NCBI GenBank assembly: GCA_002269645.1 | Contig: NIVC01001024.1 | Span: 1 to 64,000 of the forward strand | Direction: 5' to 3' | DNA: 64,000 bases | From: Macrostomum lignano | Taxonomy: Eukaryota | Part shown: positions 24,241-37,254 of the stretch, piece after piece | How positions within the stretch are numbered: position 1 is the stretch's first letter | Layout: each line of letters starts with the position of its first letter | Notes under the pieces: model-generated | The model's database searches: none | The model's input: only the letters and a program-made list of their open reading frames with translations | What the model was told of the DNA's origin: nothing | Translations under genes and position numbers: made by a program

Positions 24241-25086
24241 ATCATAATTATCATAGGCAATCCAAGGACTACTCCAGTAACATATATATAGGACGCTACA
24301 CTCGAAATTTATGGTAAATATTTTCAAGGCAACTTTTCGCCAAAAATACACTACAGAGACAGGAGGTTTTAATTTTTTCAGCACAAAAATTGTTACTGCT
24401 TTTGATAGGAGGCAGATCCAGTGTTCATCTTTTGATATGTTGTGCCTTTCTTATTGCTCTATCGATATTTATAAAGCTTTTTGTTCAGAAATAGTTTTAA
24501 AAAGGCAGTATTCCCCGGAAAAATACACTTCGGAGATAGGAAAATTCACGATTTTCAACACAAAAACAGTGATTGGGTCTCTTAACAGTGTCAAAGAAAG
24601 TCCTGATCACATTATTTTGTGCCTCACATGCTGCTCTAACGACGCACTAATCGATTTTTCATGTTAAATTGGTCTGTCACTTGAAAAAACGTTTAAAATA
24701 ATTACAAGAAAATTAAAATGAAAAAGAAGAAGATCTACATGTTTGACACCCATGGCTGTAAAGGACCTGGCAAATACAGGTGCCCAGGATTAGGAACTGC
24801 GGTGAGGTATTGCAGGTACAAAAAAGTGCCTCAAACCTGCTCTAAAACCGCGGCATGGAAGGTGTTGACCTACACGCAACGCTGAAGCGGTACGAAAACT
24901 ACCGTAAGACTTACAAATGGTTTCTGCCTGCTGGGACTACACCCGAGCCTGCGGCTCATTCACTACGCATGGATTTCATACTCTAATAACGTTTTTGGAA
25001 ACTTTTCAAAAAAAGCTCCCCATTTATTATTGCAAAGCACTTTCCCAAGTCACATATACGAAATGAGTACGGGCTAGCCTCTAAAT

Positions 25087-25513
25087 CAGGGGTCGGCAAA
25101 TACCAGCCTGCGCGGGCCACATGCGGCCAGCGAAGCCTCTCAATCCGGTTCTCGGGTCCTTTGAAACTTCACAATAGCAATCTGGCCCGCCCTATGTCTA
25201 TGTATCTTCTCATTGCTCTCCTCTCCTCTCTCACCCCTCCTTTTTCCTCCATTCTATCCTCTCCTTTCCTCTTCCGTTCCTCTCACCTCTCATCTCTGCT
25301 TCCTCCTCTATCCTCTCGATTCTCTCCTCTCCTCTTCCCTCTCTCGCTTCCTCATCTCTCCTGTCCCTCCCATCGCCTGAGCTCTTCTCCTTCATTCCCT
25401 CGCCTCTCCTTTCACCCTTCTCTACTCCCTCTCCTCTCTCCCGTCCTCCGGCCTGCAGTCATGTTTTAGGTTCTCTTCAGGTTCCCTTGAGGTAAAAAGT
25501 TTAACGACCCCTG
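25087..25513. mobile_element. hAT-superfamily MITE (427 bp) with internal CT-rich tract
   Basis: TIRs CAGGGGTCG... / ...CGACCCCTG; perfect 8-bp TSD CTCTAAAT at 25079-25086 and 25514-25521. Confidence 0.92.
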
Positions 25514-25625
25514 CTCTAAATGCATGACCCTGTGCCGATAGAGCACATAAGATACGAAGAGCAAGGCTTTTAACGCACTAGTGCAGTTCCTTCACAAAGC
25601 GCCTACCAGCCAAAAATCAACAATC

Positions 25626-25945
25626 ATACAACCCGCTCCGTGTTCGATGTGCTTCTGCCGCAGTCCCGCTGTTGGCGAGTCACCTGTAACCTGCCAGCCT
25701 CTCTGCGACCTGCACATGCAGCAAGACTTCATCGAAGTAGACGAGGCTGAAGCCAGAGTAGCCCACAAAGTGCAGCTCTTCAAGAAGTACCAGGAGCCAA
25801 TGAGACTGATGCAGCAGAGACTCACATCCGACCTGCAGCTGCTCGATGACAGCTCGATGACACGAGGAGAAAGCGGTGACAGTGACCGACCTCAGCGGAG
25901 CCCTCAAGTCAAGAATCTGCATCACCGAGTTGCACGAAGGCTTCT
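25626..25945 (+). pseudogene. Internally deleted B-box-like family pseudogene
   Basis: Start codon reads ATA in the same CAATC context; B-box-like region intact; then jumps from LLDD to the VTVTDLSG propeller block. Confidence 0.85.
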
Positions 25946-25949
25946 GACT

Positions 25950-26315
25950 AGAAATGTCCCGTTTGCTGTTTAAAAACCATCAAAAATACCCCTGCAGGTG
26001 TTCTTTTTTGTGGGTCCGCCTTCAGTCCTCCTGGTACTGATTATTTTCTCAGTCCGTTGTTGGTCTTTTCTCATCGGATTACTTTTTGTCTAAAAGTTAA
26101 GATCCATAAACAGCAGTTATATCCGAAATGACATGTAAAAGTTGGTGGCATTCCATTCCATTGTTTGGTACTTTGATTCTATAACTGCCAGCAGTCCTAT
26201 CTGAGTCCTCAGCCACCTTATGCATCAGCCCTCACATTTCGTGTCCTAAAGACTACTTAAAGCGCTACTATTAGTAACATAAGTGGCAGGAATTGTAACA
26301 ATTTTAATGCTAGTA
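25950..26315 (+). repeat. Near-identical duplicate of ~36785-37155
   Basis: Colinear match from AAACCATCAAAA.TACCCCTGC to ATAAAATGAAT. Confidence 0.9.
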
Positions 26316-26319
26316 TAAA

Positions 26320-28760
26320 ATGAATCTTTGCCACCGTGGGTGCATGGGAGGACATGGGAAAAAGCTGTGGGAGGAAAATACCAATGCTTTGTGTCACGTC
26401 CACCTTGTAGCCCGTTATGGAAATCAAAGATGTTTCGCTCCAGGGCGTCGAACTGAGTACCTAGGTCGTAGCAATTGGCCATCAGTTTCAGTCTACGAGC
26501 ATAATACTCGCTTTTGTATAAAGGTGATTAGAACAATTTTAGTGCATCTATCTTTTTCAACTCTGGCGGAACACAATATGCGTGGATCAGACAGAGATGG
26601 GACCGGTTTCGCGATGTTGACTTATCTTGCTTGGTTACTTTCGTGCCCATGCATGTGAATTCTCTGTATACATCGCAAAGTTAAGGATAGGTGATCAGAA
26701 GTGAATGCAGCAGCTGCGTATTTGACTATCAGTCCGGTGTCCGTAATTGCATACAGGCGGGCGCAGTAGAACTTTGATCGGAACTTGCTTAATACCATCC
26801 AAATTACCATAGCTAATCATAATTCCAATCATAATTATCACAGCTAATCATAACGCCAATCATAATTATCATGGCCAATCATGACTACCACAGCGAATCA
26901 CAGCAAAAGTCAGATATCACAGCAAATTATAGTTATCATAGCCCATCATGAGTATCATTGTCAATCCTAATGCCAATCATAATTACCATAGCCTATCATA
27001 ACTTTCATGGCCGGTAATGATAATAAGTAATAATAAATAGCAGGAAGGTTAACGAACAACGAAGAATTGTTCTAACGAAATTAGGAAATTTCGAGAATAG
27101 GACAGCTTAGTATTATAAAAACGGACAGCTACATGTACACATCTTTGATAGGTGGAACAAAAGGCGAACAATGAATCAATAAAAAATATCAGTAGCATGT
27201 TTTTTGAGAACTTTTCGACAAACTGGTTACAAGTGCCCGATTTCAGTGGATTAAATTCGTTTCTCAATTTGACAGGAAAACCAAAAATAGCTGTCAGAAA
27301 AATTGGCTTAGATACTCGTAAGTCAGTAGAGCTCAATATGCGAGGCAGATATTCTACGCAACTAAGTGAATCTGATAGTGTTTCTTAGTCGTAGACTGGC
27401 AACAAACAACAAACAATAAAAAACAATAGTGTTGTCAGTTCAATCCGTCGAACTCGTGACCAACAGCTCAGCAAACTGAACCCAAAGCTTGAAAGTCCTC
27501 AGCCGTCATGGATACGGGAGCAAGGGCGAAGCAGATGATTCTTCCCTCAAAAGCGTCGGAATTCCTGGTGCCCTGCGATCCCAGCCAGATCTCAGTGTAC
27601 TCGGCACCAATATTCAGCTCGTAGTTCGTCTTCATTAAAACAGAAAAGGCTGTACCATTGTAGACAACAGTGTGACCTCCAGAAGCTCTGCTGTAGCTCA
27701 GGCCCATGTAGAACTTCTCCAAAGGCTTCAGAGGCAATGGGGCATCCGTGAGGAACCCAGTTAGACGGGTAAACAAGTTGGCAAATTTCACTTTGCTGCC
27801 CGAGAAGTAGGCGAACGCGCAGAACGGAGTGTTGCTTCCACCAGACGTCACTACCCGCCACAGGTAAATCATTCGCGACGGAACTCTTGGCGATCCATCG
27901 ATGCTAAAGAAAACTGAGTAATCGTTGTTGGGAGAGACGAAAGCTTGAAATCCTGGAGATTGCAGCGGGATTTTCACGAACGAATCGAACCGGCCTGGCA
28001 GCACGGCGCCCGACAAGTTGCGTGCGGCGGCGCCGATGAACTGCGCCGGTGCCGACGTCGAGAAGCCGGCACCGACGCTGCCGCCGAGGTTCCGGTCGGA
28101 GACGCGGAAGTCGAAGAGAGCGGACATTCGAGCAGCGAACGGCCAACCCGAGGCTCCGGATGCGTTGCGTCTCAGCAGCGTCGCCACGCAGTCACCTCGA
28201 GTCGCCGTCACAGCAGCCCCGGTCTCGCTGGCGAGTTGCGGCAGCTCCGGGGTCACGTGACACAGACGGGCAGCAAACCGGAACTGAGCGACGGCGCAGA
28301 CGGTCGGTCGGAGAGCGCAGGCCAGGGCGCAGGACGGCAGGTCGGTGGCGCCGTTGATGAGCTGCGCGTTCGGCAGTCGAATCTGGCGCTGCCGATCCGA
28401 ATCCGGCACGCAGACTTCGCTATGCAGGGGCTGCAGCGACTGCTGGGCGCTGCTGGGACAGCCGGTCGTGTCCGCGGCTCCACTGGCAGCCATCAGCAGC
28501 AGCTGAAGCAGAAGAAGCCTCAGAAGAGACGGCAACTCGATCGGGTGGAACCGCATCGGTAAATCAAATTAGTTAACAAACGGCGAGACACGCACAGATG
28601 TGGTGGATATGAAAATTGTTGGAACTGAGTCGCTGTATTTGGCTTCAGCACGGCTTGGCTGATCAGCCAATGAGTAGCGCTTGTGATAACCATCAAACTG
28701 TAGCATGAGTTTTTAGGGATCTGGGGCAATAGCCATATTTGACCTTTCTTCACGCGCTTA
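26320..28760. repeat. Segmental duplication unit (spacer, 19-bp minisatellite, PAN-LamG gene), paralogous to ~39860-43280
   Basis: Colinear homology; the 39860 copy additionally carries a Tc1 remnant and a longer 19-bp array. Confidence 0.85.
27468..28556 (-). CDS. Secreted PAN/Apple-like + LamG/concanavalin-A-like protein (copy 1, 362 aa)
   Basis: Leu-rich signal; SCALAC...VC.VAQF......C PAN pattern; beta-rich C-terminal half ending IWLG...FEGRIICFAL...MTAEDFQAL. Confidence 0.82.
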   Translation of the reverse strand: MRFHPIELPSLLRLLLLQLLLMAASGAADTTGCPSSAQQSLQPLHSEVCVPDSDRQRQIRLPNAQLINGATDLPSCALACALRPTVCAVAQFRFAARLCHVTPELPQLASETGAAVTATRGDCVATLLRRNASGASGWPFAARMSALFDFRVSDRNLGGSVGAGFSTSAPAQFIGAAARNLSGAVLPGRFDSFVKIPLQSPGFQAFVSPNNDYSVFFSIDGSPRVPSRMIYLWRVVTSGGSNTPFCAFAYFSGSKVKFANLFTRLTGFLTDAPLPLKPLEKFYMGLSYSRASGGHTVVYNGTAFSVLMKTNYELNIGAEYTEIWLGSQGTRNSDAFEGRIICFALAPVSMTAEDFQALGSVC

Positions 28761-29384
28761 TCTATGCTATGCTTTCTGTCAGTCTTTGAAAAGAATTCTA
28801 CCCTGTATCATCTTCATCCTGCCGCTCGAGCTGTCATCATGACCCTGTCAGGTCTCATTCTTCAAGAACACGGATGATTTAGCTGGAGTTACCGACATCG
28901 ACTCGCAGTTCACCTCAGCGAAGTTGCATCCACCACAGCTTGCTACCGCGTCTTTTGGTCACATTCGTGCAAGAAGGTCAAAAGCTGTCACTCGGCTGTC
29001 GCACTGCAGCAGTCAGTGGAGAAATGACTTATGAAGAAGAAAATGTATGCACAGTTAAGAATAGATAAATCGATAAAGCAAGCCATTCAAGTTAGACAAT
29101 TTTTGCCCACTCGTACAATAGTCTGAATCCTGTCTGTTACGTCTCACAAGGTCCTTACTCTCATCAGTAATTTCTTTCCTTAGGGATAGGAAAGCTGCAT
29201 GCATGTATTAATATCAAAATGCCTGCTCTGTATTTAGTACTGTACAGTACTTTCCAAATCTAAATATACTAAACGTGCACACACTAGACTATGAATACAC
29301 TCCTCTCTACAACCCAGAGCATAAAATTTACGAAGAGAAAAGCTGCAACGCCTAGCGCAGTTCGTACACAAAGCGCCTACAAGC

Positions 29385-30390
29385 ATGGTAGCCTACTAGA
29401 AGTAGTAAGATAAAATTATGAACACAAATTTAAAAATAGCTATGTGTCATACTCTATTTTTAGTAATACCAGTAATATCACGCAAATAGCGAATGACTAT
29501 GCTATTGTTCGAAGAAACCGGTTCTCGACATCTATTTTTAGAACTTCCAAATATGGTAAATGTTAACCTGAATGTAACCCAAGTCTCACCCCTTTCTATT
29601 CAAAAGCCCCACCTGTCAAATAATAAAATTCCTTTCGTGAACTCATCAAAAAAACCGGTTTTGAGCTCAAGGTCGACTCAAGGCCGAAAAATTATGTATA
29701 AATACAAACGCAAAATCCGAGCTGAAATCTCAGACTCGGAGCAGCCTCCAAAGATATTGGGCTTTGCAAGAGCAGCCAAACGAGGCTATATCTCTGAGGA
29801 AGAGATAAACACCAATTGGTAAGCTTTGTTCAAGTCTTCGTTATTTTGATTATTGAGAGCGATTGTTATTGCCGGCCGTTACTGTTCAGTTGATTTTATT
29901 GAGTCTATTGAGTTTGAGGCCTCCCATTTTCCTAAGGGATTGGATAGGATCTGCGGACCGATTCCGATACCCTTAGAGGATTATCGATTTGATTGATTTT
30001 GGTTATCCTAGATTAACCGATAGGAGCACACGACTCCGATTCCGTTAGTTCTAGAAGAAGACGCCCTTTCTGGAGGACCTCGTATATAAGCTGATTTTGT
30101 TACTAGGGCGCATCGTTGACATTGATTTCGGCACTCGAGAATATATTAAATTCTGCACTTGAAGAAATACTGCGACGTCGATTTAATTGTTACGCTCTCA
30201 CTTTCGGCCGACTCTAGACTTCAAGAAGACTACCCCGGGAGGAACGAACGGAGACGAGCTCTACAGACGCGCGCGACAAAGAAGAGGAGCCCGCAACAGT
30301 AAGTGATCACTACATTTTGTTCCCAGGCTTAAGTGTCTGGAAGTGGGAGTTTTCGGGAGACTGATCACCTCCCGAATCAGCTCTTCAAGC
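29385..30390 (+). mobile_element. ~1-kb LTR-like insertion just upstream of the B-box-like pseudogene ATG
   Basis: Absent from the paralogous flanks at 45660-45684 and 25595-25626; bounded by CAAGC direct repeats (29380, 30386) or alternatively by TG...CA ends; contains TATAAATA (29697) and GGTAAG (29818). Confidence 0.65.
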
Positions 30391-30405
30391 CGAAAATCTG
30401 CAATC

Positions 30406-31991
30406 ATGCAACCCGCTCCTTGTTCAATGCGCCTCTGCCGCAGTCCCGCTATTGGTGAGTCACCTGTAACCTGCCAGCCTCTCTGCGACCTGCACATGCT
30501 GCAAGACTTCATCGAAGTAGACGAGGCTCAAGCCAGAGTAGCCCACAAAGTGCAGCTCTTCAATAAGTACCAGGAGCCCATGAGACTGATGCAACTGAGG
30601 CATCCGACCTGCAGCTGCTCGATGACACCTTTACCGACCTGAGAGAGACATTGGACAGGTGTCAAAGTGAGCTCGTTGCTGTCGTTATCAAACAGCATGA
30701 CCAACTCATGGACCACCTGTCAAGTGTCTCAGAGCTGGACGACTTTAAAAAAGAGCTAAACAGAGCCAAGGATGACAAAAACGCGAGGCAGGCCTTCCTC
30801 ATCAACAGGAGCATGGAGGGATCGCTTAAGACATTGCAGCTGGACTCGAATCTGGTGAGATTGGATGAGGAAAGTCAGACAGTCGAAATCGCAGCTTACC
30901 CGGATTTGAACTCGAGAATAAGAGAGCTGGGGACCGGACTGAGAGCTGAGTTGGTTTTACTCAGAAAACTCGCTGAGCAGTTTGATGCTGCTGCCGATTC
31001 TAGGCAGATTAATGAAGAGATTTTAATTCAAGCAGAAGAGAGCAAAAGCGAGGCAGAGATGCTGACGACGACGCAGTATGCAGTATGTCTCACAGTGTGC
31101 AGCAACACCACAGGTTTTGTCATTGACGAGTCAGGTGTGATTGAGAAGGCTACTAAGGATTGTAGTGACTGTCTGCCACAGCCGAGTATCTTTGTAGCTG
31201 TTCAACCTAAAGCTGATCAAGAGCAGCATAAAAGCTTTATAACGCGTTCGGTACTGCCGGAAAACCCGAATGACATGGCCTTTAAAATTTTGCTGCTCTC
31301 CGATGAGGCCAAAGAAGTTGGACGCCTGACGTGCAGCTGGGAGGCCGATCAGCTGATTTGAGATCTCCACTGCGACAATGAGCGACAGCTGCTGTTCATC
31401 GCTCAGGAGACAGCGGTGACAGTGACCGACCTCAGCGGAGCTCTCATGTCAAGAATCTGCATCACCGAGTTGCACGAAGGCGCCAAGCAGTTGTGGTGCA
31501 TTGCTGGGAACTGCGACAAGCTGTTTGCTCTGACTGAAGAACAAGACGGCTGTCCGGCAATTGTGGGAGTCGATAAAGACATTGGTACAGTTCAACTGGT
31601 CTTTTCCGTACCCCATGATTGTCAGCTCGAGAAAGAGGCAAACATGTCAGTCAGAGATCACATTCTGCCCTTGTCTGACAGGCGGAATGTTTTTACTATC
31701 TGCATCATTACTCAAAAGCTGATTAACGCAAGATCGTTCGGTATTGGACCCTGTCAGACGCCAGTCTTGTGCAGCTACACAGAAGACCAGATATATGCTG
31801 TAGCTGGGGAGAACTATTCACCAGCTGAATTTCGGCTGGCTCCCTGCGCATCTATACTTAAATTGCAGCCGACATCAGAGACACCACAGTACATCCTGTC
31901 CTCGCATGGAGGCGCTCAGTACAAAGTGGCAAAGCTGCAGAATGGTCGAGTCTTTGTGACAACCTTGCGTATTGACTGTGTCTGGATATGA
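30406..31991 (+). pseudogene. B-box-like/coiled-coil/propeller-like gene with frameshift (~30595) and nonsense codon (31359-31361)
   Basis: Three ORF pieces (30343, 30651, 31416) are colinear with 45684-47690; TGA replaces paralog CGA in Q.IRDLHCD. Confidence 0.9.
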
Positions 31992-32819
31992 GCAGGAAGA
32001 TGAAGACGAAGACGGGTGATTTAATTTTCGGCAGCGAAAAATATCCCCCTATAGCTTTTGCAGCGACAGTTTTCTGTTCCGTTTGACTTTTTTGGTTGGT
32101 AGTGGCCTTGTCACTCATTTATATCAGTTTGCTTTTGGCCTTATTACTACGATTACTACGTATGCCGTTCTGCAAGGTCCTGTTAGAATACTAAATATAA
32201 AAACTTTTCAAAAACACAAAGTTTCTAATAACCTTTCATTTAGAGCGTTCTCAAAACATAAACCTGCATCAGATCTAAATCATTACATGTATACCAGAAG
32301 TTATTTTCTAAACACGAAGAAGTTTGAGAAATGAGTTTTTGAGTAGCGACAGAGCTCCCACTGTAGTCGTACAAGTGTAATTAATACAAGATAAACTCAA
32401 TCAGCACAACCGACAGAAATACTAGAAAAATGCAAATTTAAAATTTTAATTTTAATAAAAACTTCACTAGACGACACCAGAGGTCACTGAGGCTCATCAG
32501 CGATAGCATGGGCCGGATCTGCCTACAAGAACACGGCATCGCCCAGTTTCTGCACAGTTTCGGATGAGCCGACACAGACTGCACCACCGAAGCCTGAGTC
32601 CTGACTCCAGCCCTGGCGGGCTCAACTGCGGGATGCCTCAGCCTGCACCGCAGCTCGCCGCTGAGCGATTCCGCTCATCGGAAGGTAAGGAGAATGTTGT
32701 GTCGCTACTCTATGCGTGTGCGTAATAGTGTGTACACCTGTTAGCTATCGATTGTAATATAATATATGATATGTATATGAGAGCGCGGCGAGTGTGAGAG
32801 CTTGAGAGTTTTGCCTACA

Positions 32820-33200
32820 AACTTGCAGACCCTCTCTCTCTTGGTGGTCGCCCCCCTCTTTCTTGGTAGTCGCCCCCTCTCTCTTGGTGGTCGCCCCTGT
32901 CTTTTGGTGGGCGCTCCTGATTTACAAACAGGCGCCTCTCTCCCTGTCTATTAGGCTGGCGATTGTCACGTTCAAGAGGTGGCAAAGATTGATCTCTTCT
33001 CATTCGTCGAGTTTGGGTTGAAATTATTTTATGATCATTCATTAATTTTTAACACGAGAGTTTATCTATCGCAGAACAATTTTAGCAATGTAAAGTGCGC
33101 CATAACTTGAAGCATACATGTACGAGAGTATAGATCCCTTTTGACAAAATCAGGTCTAATTTTAGTAAAATTGATTCAACTTTTCTCGTGAATGTGCTTC
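32820..33200 (+). mobile_element. 20-bp-minisatellite-carrying element, copy 2 (short array)
   Basis: CTCTCTTGGTGGTCGCCCC units followed by the same tail as 21870 and 37530. Confidence 0.7.
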
Positions 33201-33354
33201 ACTGTACTCTAGCTTTGAATTTCGGCGAGACTACTAAGGACTGGCAGATCCGCCCTTTTTGGAGGTGGGGTGGGTGTCAACCCTCCTCGCCTCTCATTGG
33301 CTAGCGCGCGCGCCGCAGGCGCGTGGCGCCAAGCGCCATCCAGGCGCCAATTAG

Positions 33355-33700
33355 GCGCCCATGCCGCAGGCGCACCCTCCCGATATGTACCCCGATATGT
33401 ATGCCCACCCTACCGATATGTACCGATATGTATGCTCACCCTACCGACATGTACCCCGATATGTACACCCTCCCGAGCCGCAGGCGCACCCTCCTGAGCC
33501 GCAGGCGCCCATGCCGCAGGCGCCCCGAGTGTACACTCTCCCGAGCCAAAGGTACACTCTCCCGAGCCAAATGTACACTCTCCCGAGCCAAAGGTACACT
33601 CTCCCGATATGTACACTCTCTCACTCTCCCGATATGGGTGTACACTCGCCCAATACAGGTGTACACTCTCCCGATATGTAGTCAACGATACGTACCCCGC
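33355..33700 (+). repeat. Composite minisatellite (CCGATATGTACCC / GTACACTCTCCC); direct-repeat partner of 36020-36332
   Basis: Same unit order and the same ending TGTAGTCAAC(G/A)ATAC in both copies. Confidence 0.8.
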
Positions 33701-33819
33701 AGGCACCCTATACCTCACGCCCTGCCCCCACCTAGCCTCTTCCCCTCTCTCACCCACATCTCAACTAGCGAAATCGAACCCAGGTCGCGCCCATACTAGG
33801 CCACTACACGGTTTGGGGG

Positions 33820-34860
33820 TATAGGGAGCGAGAAGTTTTAACCCTGATGCTGACGCAGCCCTGTACAGTGAGCGTGTACGGGCAGAGAGGGGTGGGGCGG
33901 ACAGAGAACCAGCCACTAGGTTGTTATACTGTTGAAGCATAGGGAGCGAGAAGTTTTAACTCCGATGCTGACGCAGCCCTGTACAGTGAGCGTGTACGGG
34001 CAGAGGGTGGGTGGAAAGAGATGTGAATAACACAGCCTGCTGCAGGAGCCGGATAGAGAGGCGCATGCTAGGACAGAGAGACAGTGTGAGTCACACACAC
34101 CCCCACAGAGAGAGCCGTACAGAGGATAGAGAGCTCCCTCCCCAGTTGCAGGGGACAGAGAGGCAGGCAGGGTATGCAGGGGCATGCGAACAGTCAAGGG
34201 GCCACGCGAGGATAGAGTGGAGGAGCAGAGATGTGTATGGACAGAGAGCAGGCCACGCGTGCGTAGTGTGAGGGAACAGAAACATATGGAGCAGGAGGGA
34301 GATAGGAAGCAAACGCGCAGGGTAAGGGAGCCACACAGGGCGGTACAGTGAGACACGGGCAGGGGTGGAGCCGTGCGTGGACAGAGCTGAACGGCATGGT
34401 CAGCTGCAGGAATAGGATGATAGAGAGGCGCGGATAGGAGGGACAGAGAGCAGTGTGCAGGGGTAGGCAGCCACGCTGGCAGGGAACAGAGGCGCGTGTA
34501 GCCAGTTGCAGCCCGGGACAGAGAAGTGTGAAGGGGGCCTGGGACAGAGTTCCGAGCAAGGCACAGAGAGGTAGGGTCCGGTAGCCATGTATAGACAGGG
34601 ACCCACGCGAGGGCAGGACAGGGGAGTAGACATGCAAGTTGCATGCAAGGCCAGAGAGGTGTGCGCGGAGGGAGACAGAGAGCAGTGTGTAGGGGTAGGT
34701 AACAGCAAACTTTAGTAGAGGTGCGTGCGGGGACGGAGAAACCAGTCTGAGCGTACAGAGACGTTACAGAGAGGTACACAAACAGAGAACAAAGCGAGCA
34801 GAGCACATGTGTAGGCGCAGAGACGTGAGGGAGAATCGACCAAAACACGCTATGTATTAT
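33820..34860. repeat. ~1-kb strand-asymmetric purine-rich degenerate repeat (ACAGAGAG/GGGCAG-rich)
   Basis: Read directly; includes an internal ~75-bp duplication (33822-33895 / 33940-34012). Confidence 0.7.
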
Positions 34861-36019
34861 CAAAAGTTGGTTTTAGTGCAGCATATTTAATAGTGGGTAG
34901 TATAATAGTATGTACATAGTAGGTATAATGGTAGTAATAATAGTAAGTATATTAGCCCAAAAGGTAGGCTAAAACAGGCTAAACTGTGTGTACGCATCCT
35001 CATCACCCCACAAGCCCCCTCTCCCGCCAGATTCACTCTTCCAAACCCTCCTGTATTGCTGTATGAAGGAAAATATAGTGTAAAAATACAGATGTTAACC
35101 GTCAGACCGCTGAAATCAGGGCACACTAGAGGGGGTTTCGGGGTCTGCATGCTCTATGTAAGCTGCTTGAGGAGGTTCCAAGGGCGTTGTGAGGGTTTCC
35201 ATTATGTTTTGAAAAAACTAGGGGCTTAAATACAACGTTTTATTCAAAAAGTAGGTTATTTTAATGAAATAGCTGACACAATCATTGTCGAGAGTAGAAA
35301 TTTTCATAAGAAACCAGGCATTTTAGCAAAAACAAACCTTCAAACCACACAAAATTGAATAAAAAGCAGACATTTTCAATTATAAACCGCAAGTATTTTA
35401 ATAGAAAAGTAAGCAAACAAGGCACAAAAGCAGCAAATTTTACCTTTTTTATTTTAATGTTACTGTTAAGGTAGAGAGTAGAAACTTGTGAGCTGTACGG
35501 AGTTAGAAAGTATTAACCATTATGTATCGTATGAATTATTAGTTCAGTACCAGCCATTGGTCAAGCGAGCATTTATGAAGTTATTACGAGTGATGAAGGG
35601 ATAGAGAGCTATATACAGGAAGACAGTATCCTTCTAAACCACCACGAACAGATTGCTAATACAGATAAGCTTTGTCTGTGTGCAGTATGAGTAAGCGAAG
35701 GCGGGGCAAATACTTTTCCACATGCCGGACAGAACAGTATTGTGCTAGGATTTCTCTCGAAATCGCGGTACGTTACTAGTTTTTATCACACCATCCAGAT
35801 GCGTCAACTAGTCAGCAGTAGTCATTTATATGTTATTAGAACTTACAAACCCAGGTCAGGTAAATATTACAAAGAGTATATTACGTACACACGCCAACTC
35901 CGAATACCAAGCCATACTAGTCTACTTGCAGTGCTCCTGGAGGGAAGGGACGGTCAAGAGTTACACACCAAGAATGCATTCACACAAAGAGTACACCACT
36001 CGAGCCCCGTCCATGCGCC

Positions 36020-36332
36020 CCGATATGTATGACGCAGGCAACCCTCCCGACATGTATGCCGCAGGCGACCCTCCCGACATGTACCCAACATGTATGTCGC
36101 AGGCGACCCTACTGACATGTACCCCGACATGTACACCCTACCAAATGGCACTCGAGCCACAGGTGCCAAGCGGCCCCCCGAAATGTACGCCGCGGGCGCC
36201 CCCCCTCCCGAGCCGAAGGTACACTCTTCCAATATGAGTGTACACTCTCCCAATACAAGTGTACACTCTCCCAATATGAGTGTACACTCTCCCGATATGA
36301 GTGTACATCGATTTGTAGTCAACAATACCTAT
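36020..36332 (+). repeat. Composite minisatellite, direct-repeat partner of 33355-33700
   Basis: See 33355-33700. Confidence 0.8.
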
Positions 36333-37254
36333 TAACACAAAATTAGGCTAGTGAAAACTACTTATAGTAGGTGAAATTGCGTATATTTACGTAAAAAGTA
36401 AGCAAAACACATATTAATCACATCAGTAGGTGTAAATATCAGGGCATAATACATATTACGAAACATATAGGTGTACGGACATATAGAATTAAGCATATGG
36501 ACAGCAAAAACACACAATGTAGGTGCATTTTATCGATATTTTGGTAAATTTTGTTCAAACAGCATGGGTCGTTGAATTTAATTCGATTTTAAATAGACAA
36601 TAACTTTTCCGAAAAAAAGTTGTTTGGATGGATTTAGGCAATAGAGCTTATGGATGTTAAGCAGATATTCTATTGAATATTTGAATTGAATATAATCTAT
36701 TGAAATTTCTCTAGGTAGTCTTTTCCGAGCAGGTGTTCAATATTTTTTATTTTTCTAAAATTGAAATCCTGACTGGAAATGTCACGTTTGCAGTTTTAAA
36801 ACCATCAAAAGTACCCCTGCGGGTGTTCTTTTTTGTGGGTCCGCCTTCAGTCCTCCTGGTACTGATTATTTTCTCAGTCCGTTGTTGGTCCTTTCTCATC
36901 GCATTACATGTACTTTTTGTCTAAAAGTTAAGATCCATAAACAGCAGTTGTATCCGAAATGACATTTAACAGTTGGTGGCATTCCATTCCATTGTTTAGT
37001 AGCTATATTCTATAACTGCCAGCAGTCCTATCTGAGTCCTCAGCCACCCTATGCATCAGCCCTCACATTTCGTGTCCTAAAGACTACTTAAAGCGCTACT
37101 ATTAGTAACATAAGTGGCAGGAATTGTAACAATTTTAATGCTAATATAAAATGAATGTTTACAGTGTATTACATGCGATCAAAAAAAGCATAGTTTTACA
37201 ATATTATTAGGAATATTATTAAGAATATTTTTCTCACTAGAGACTAGAGAATAT

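Noticed and set aside
27592-28562. Antisense and alternate-frame ORFs over the GC-rich genes (also 12605-13297, 22651-23171, 42191-43081)
   Set aside because: Shadow ORFs of GC-rich coding sequence; they recur in paralogs only because the DNA is duplicated.
33916-34863. 315-aa ORF on the minus strand
   Set aside because: L/S/C/P-rich product expected from a pyrimidine-rich low-complexity strand; no domain pattern.
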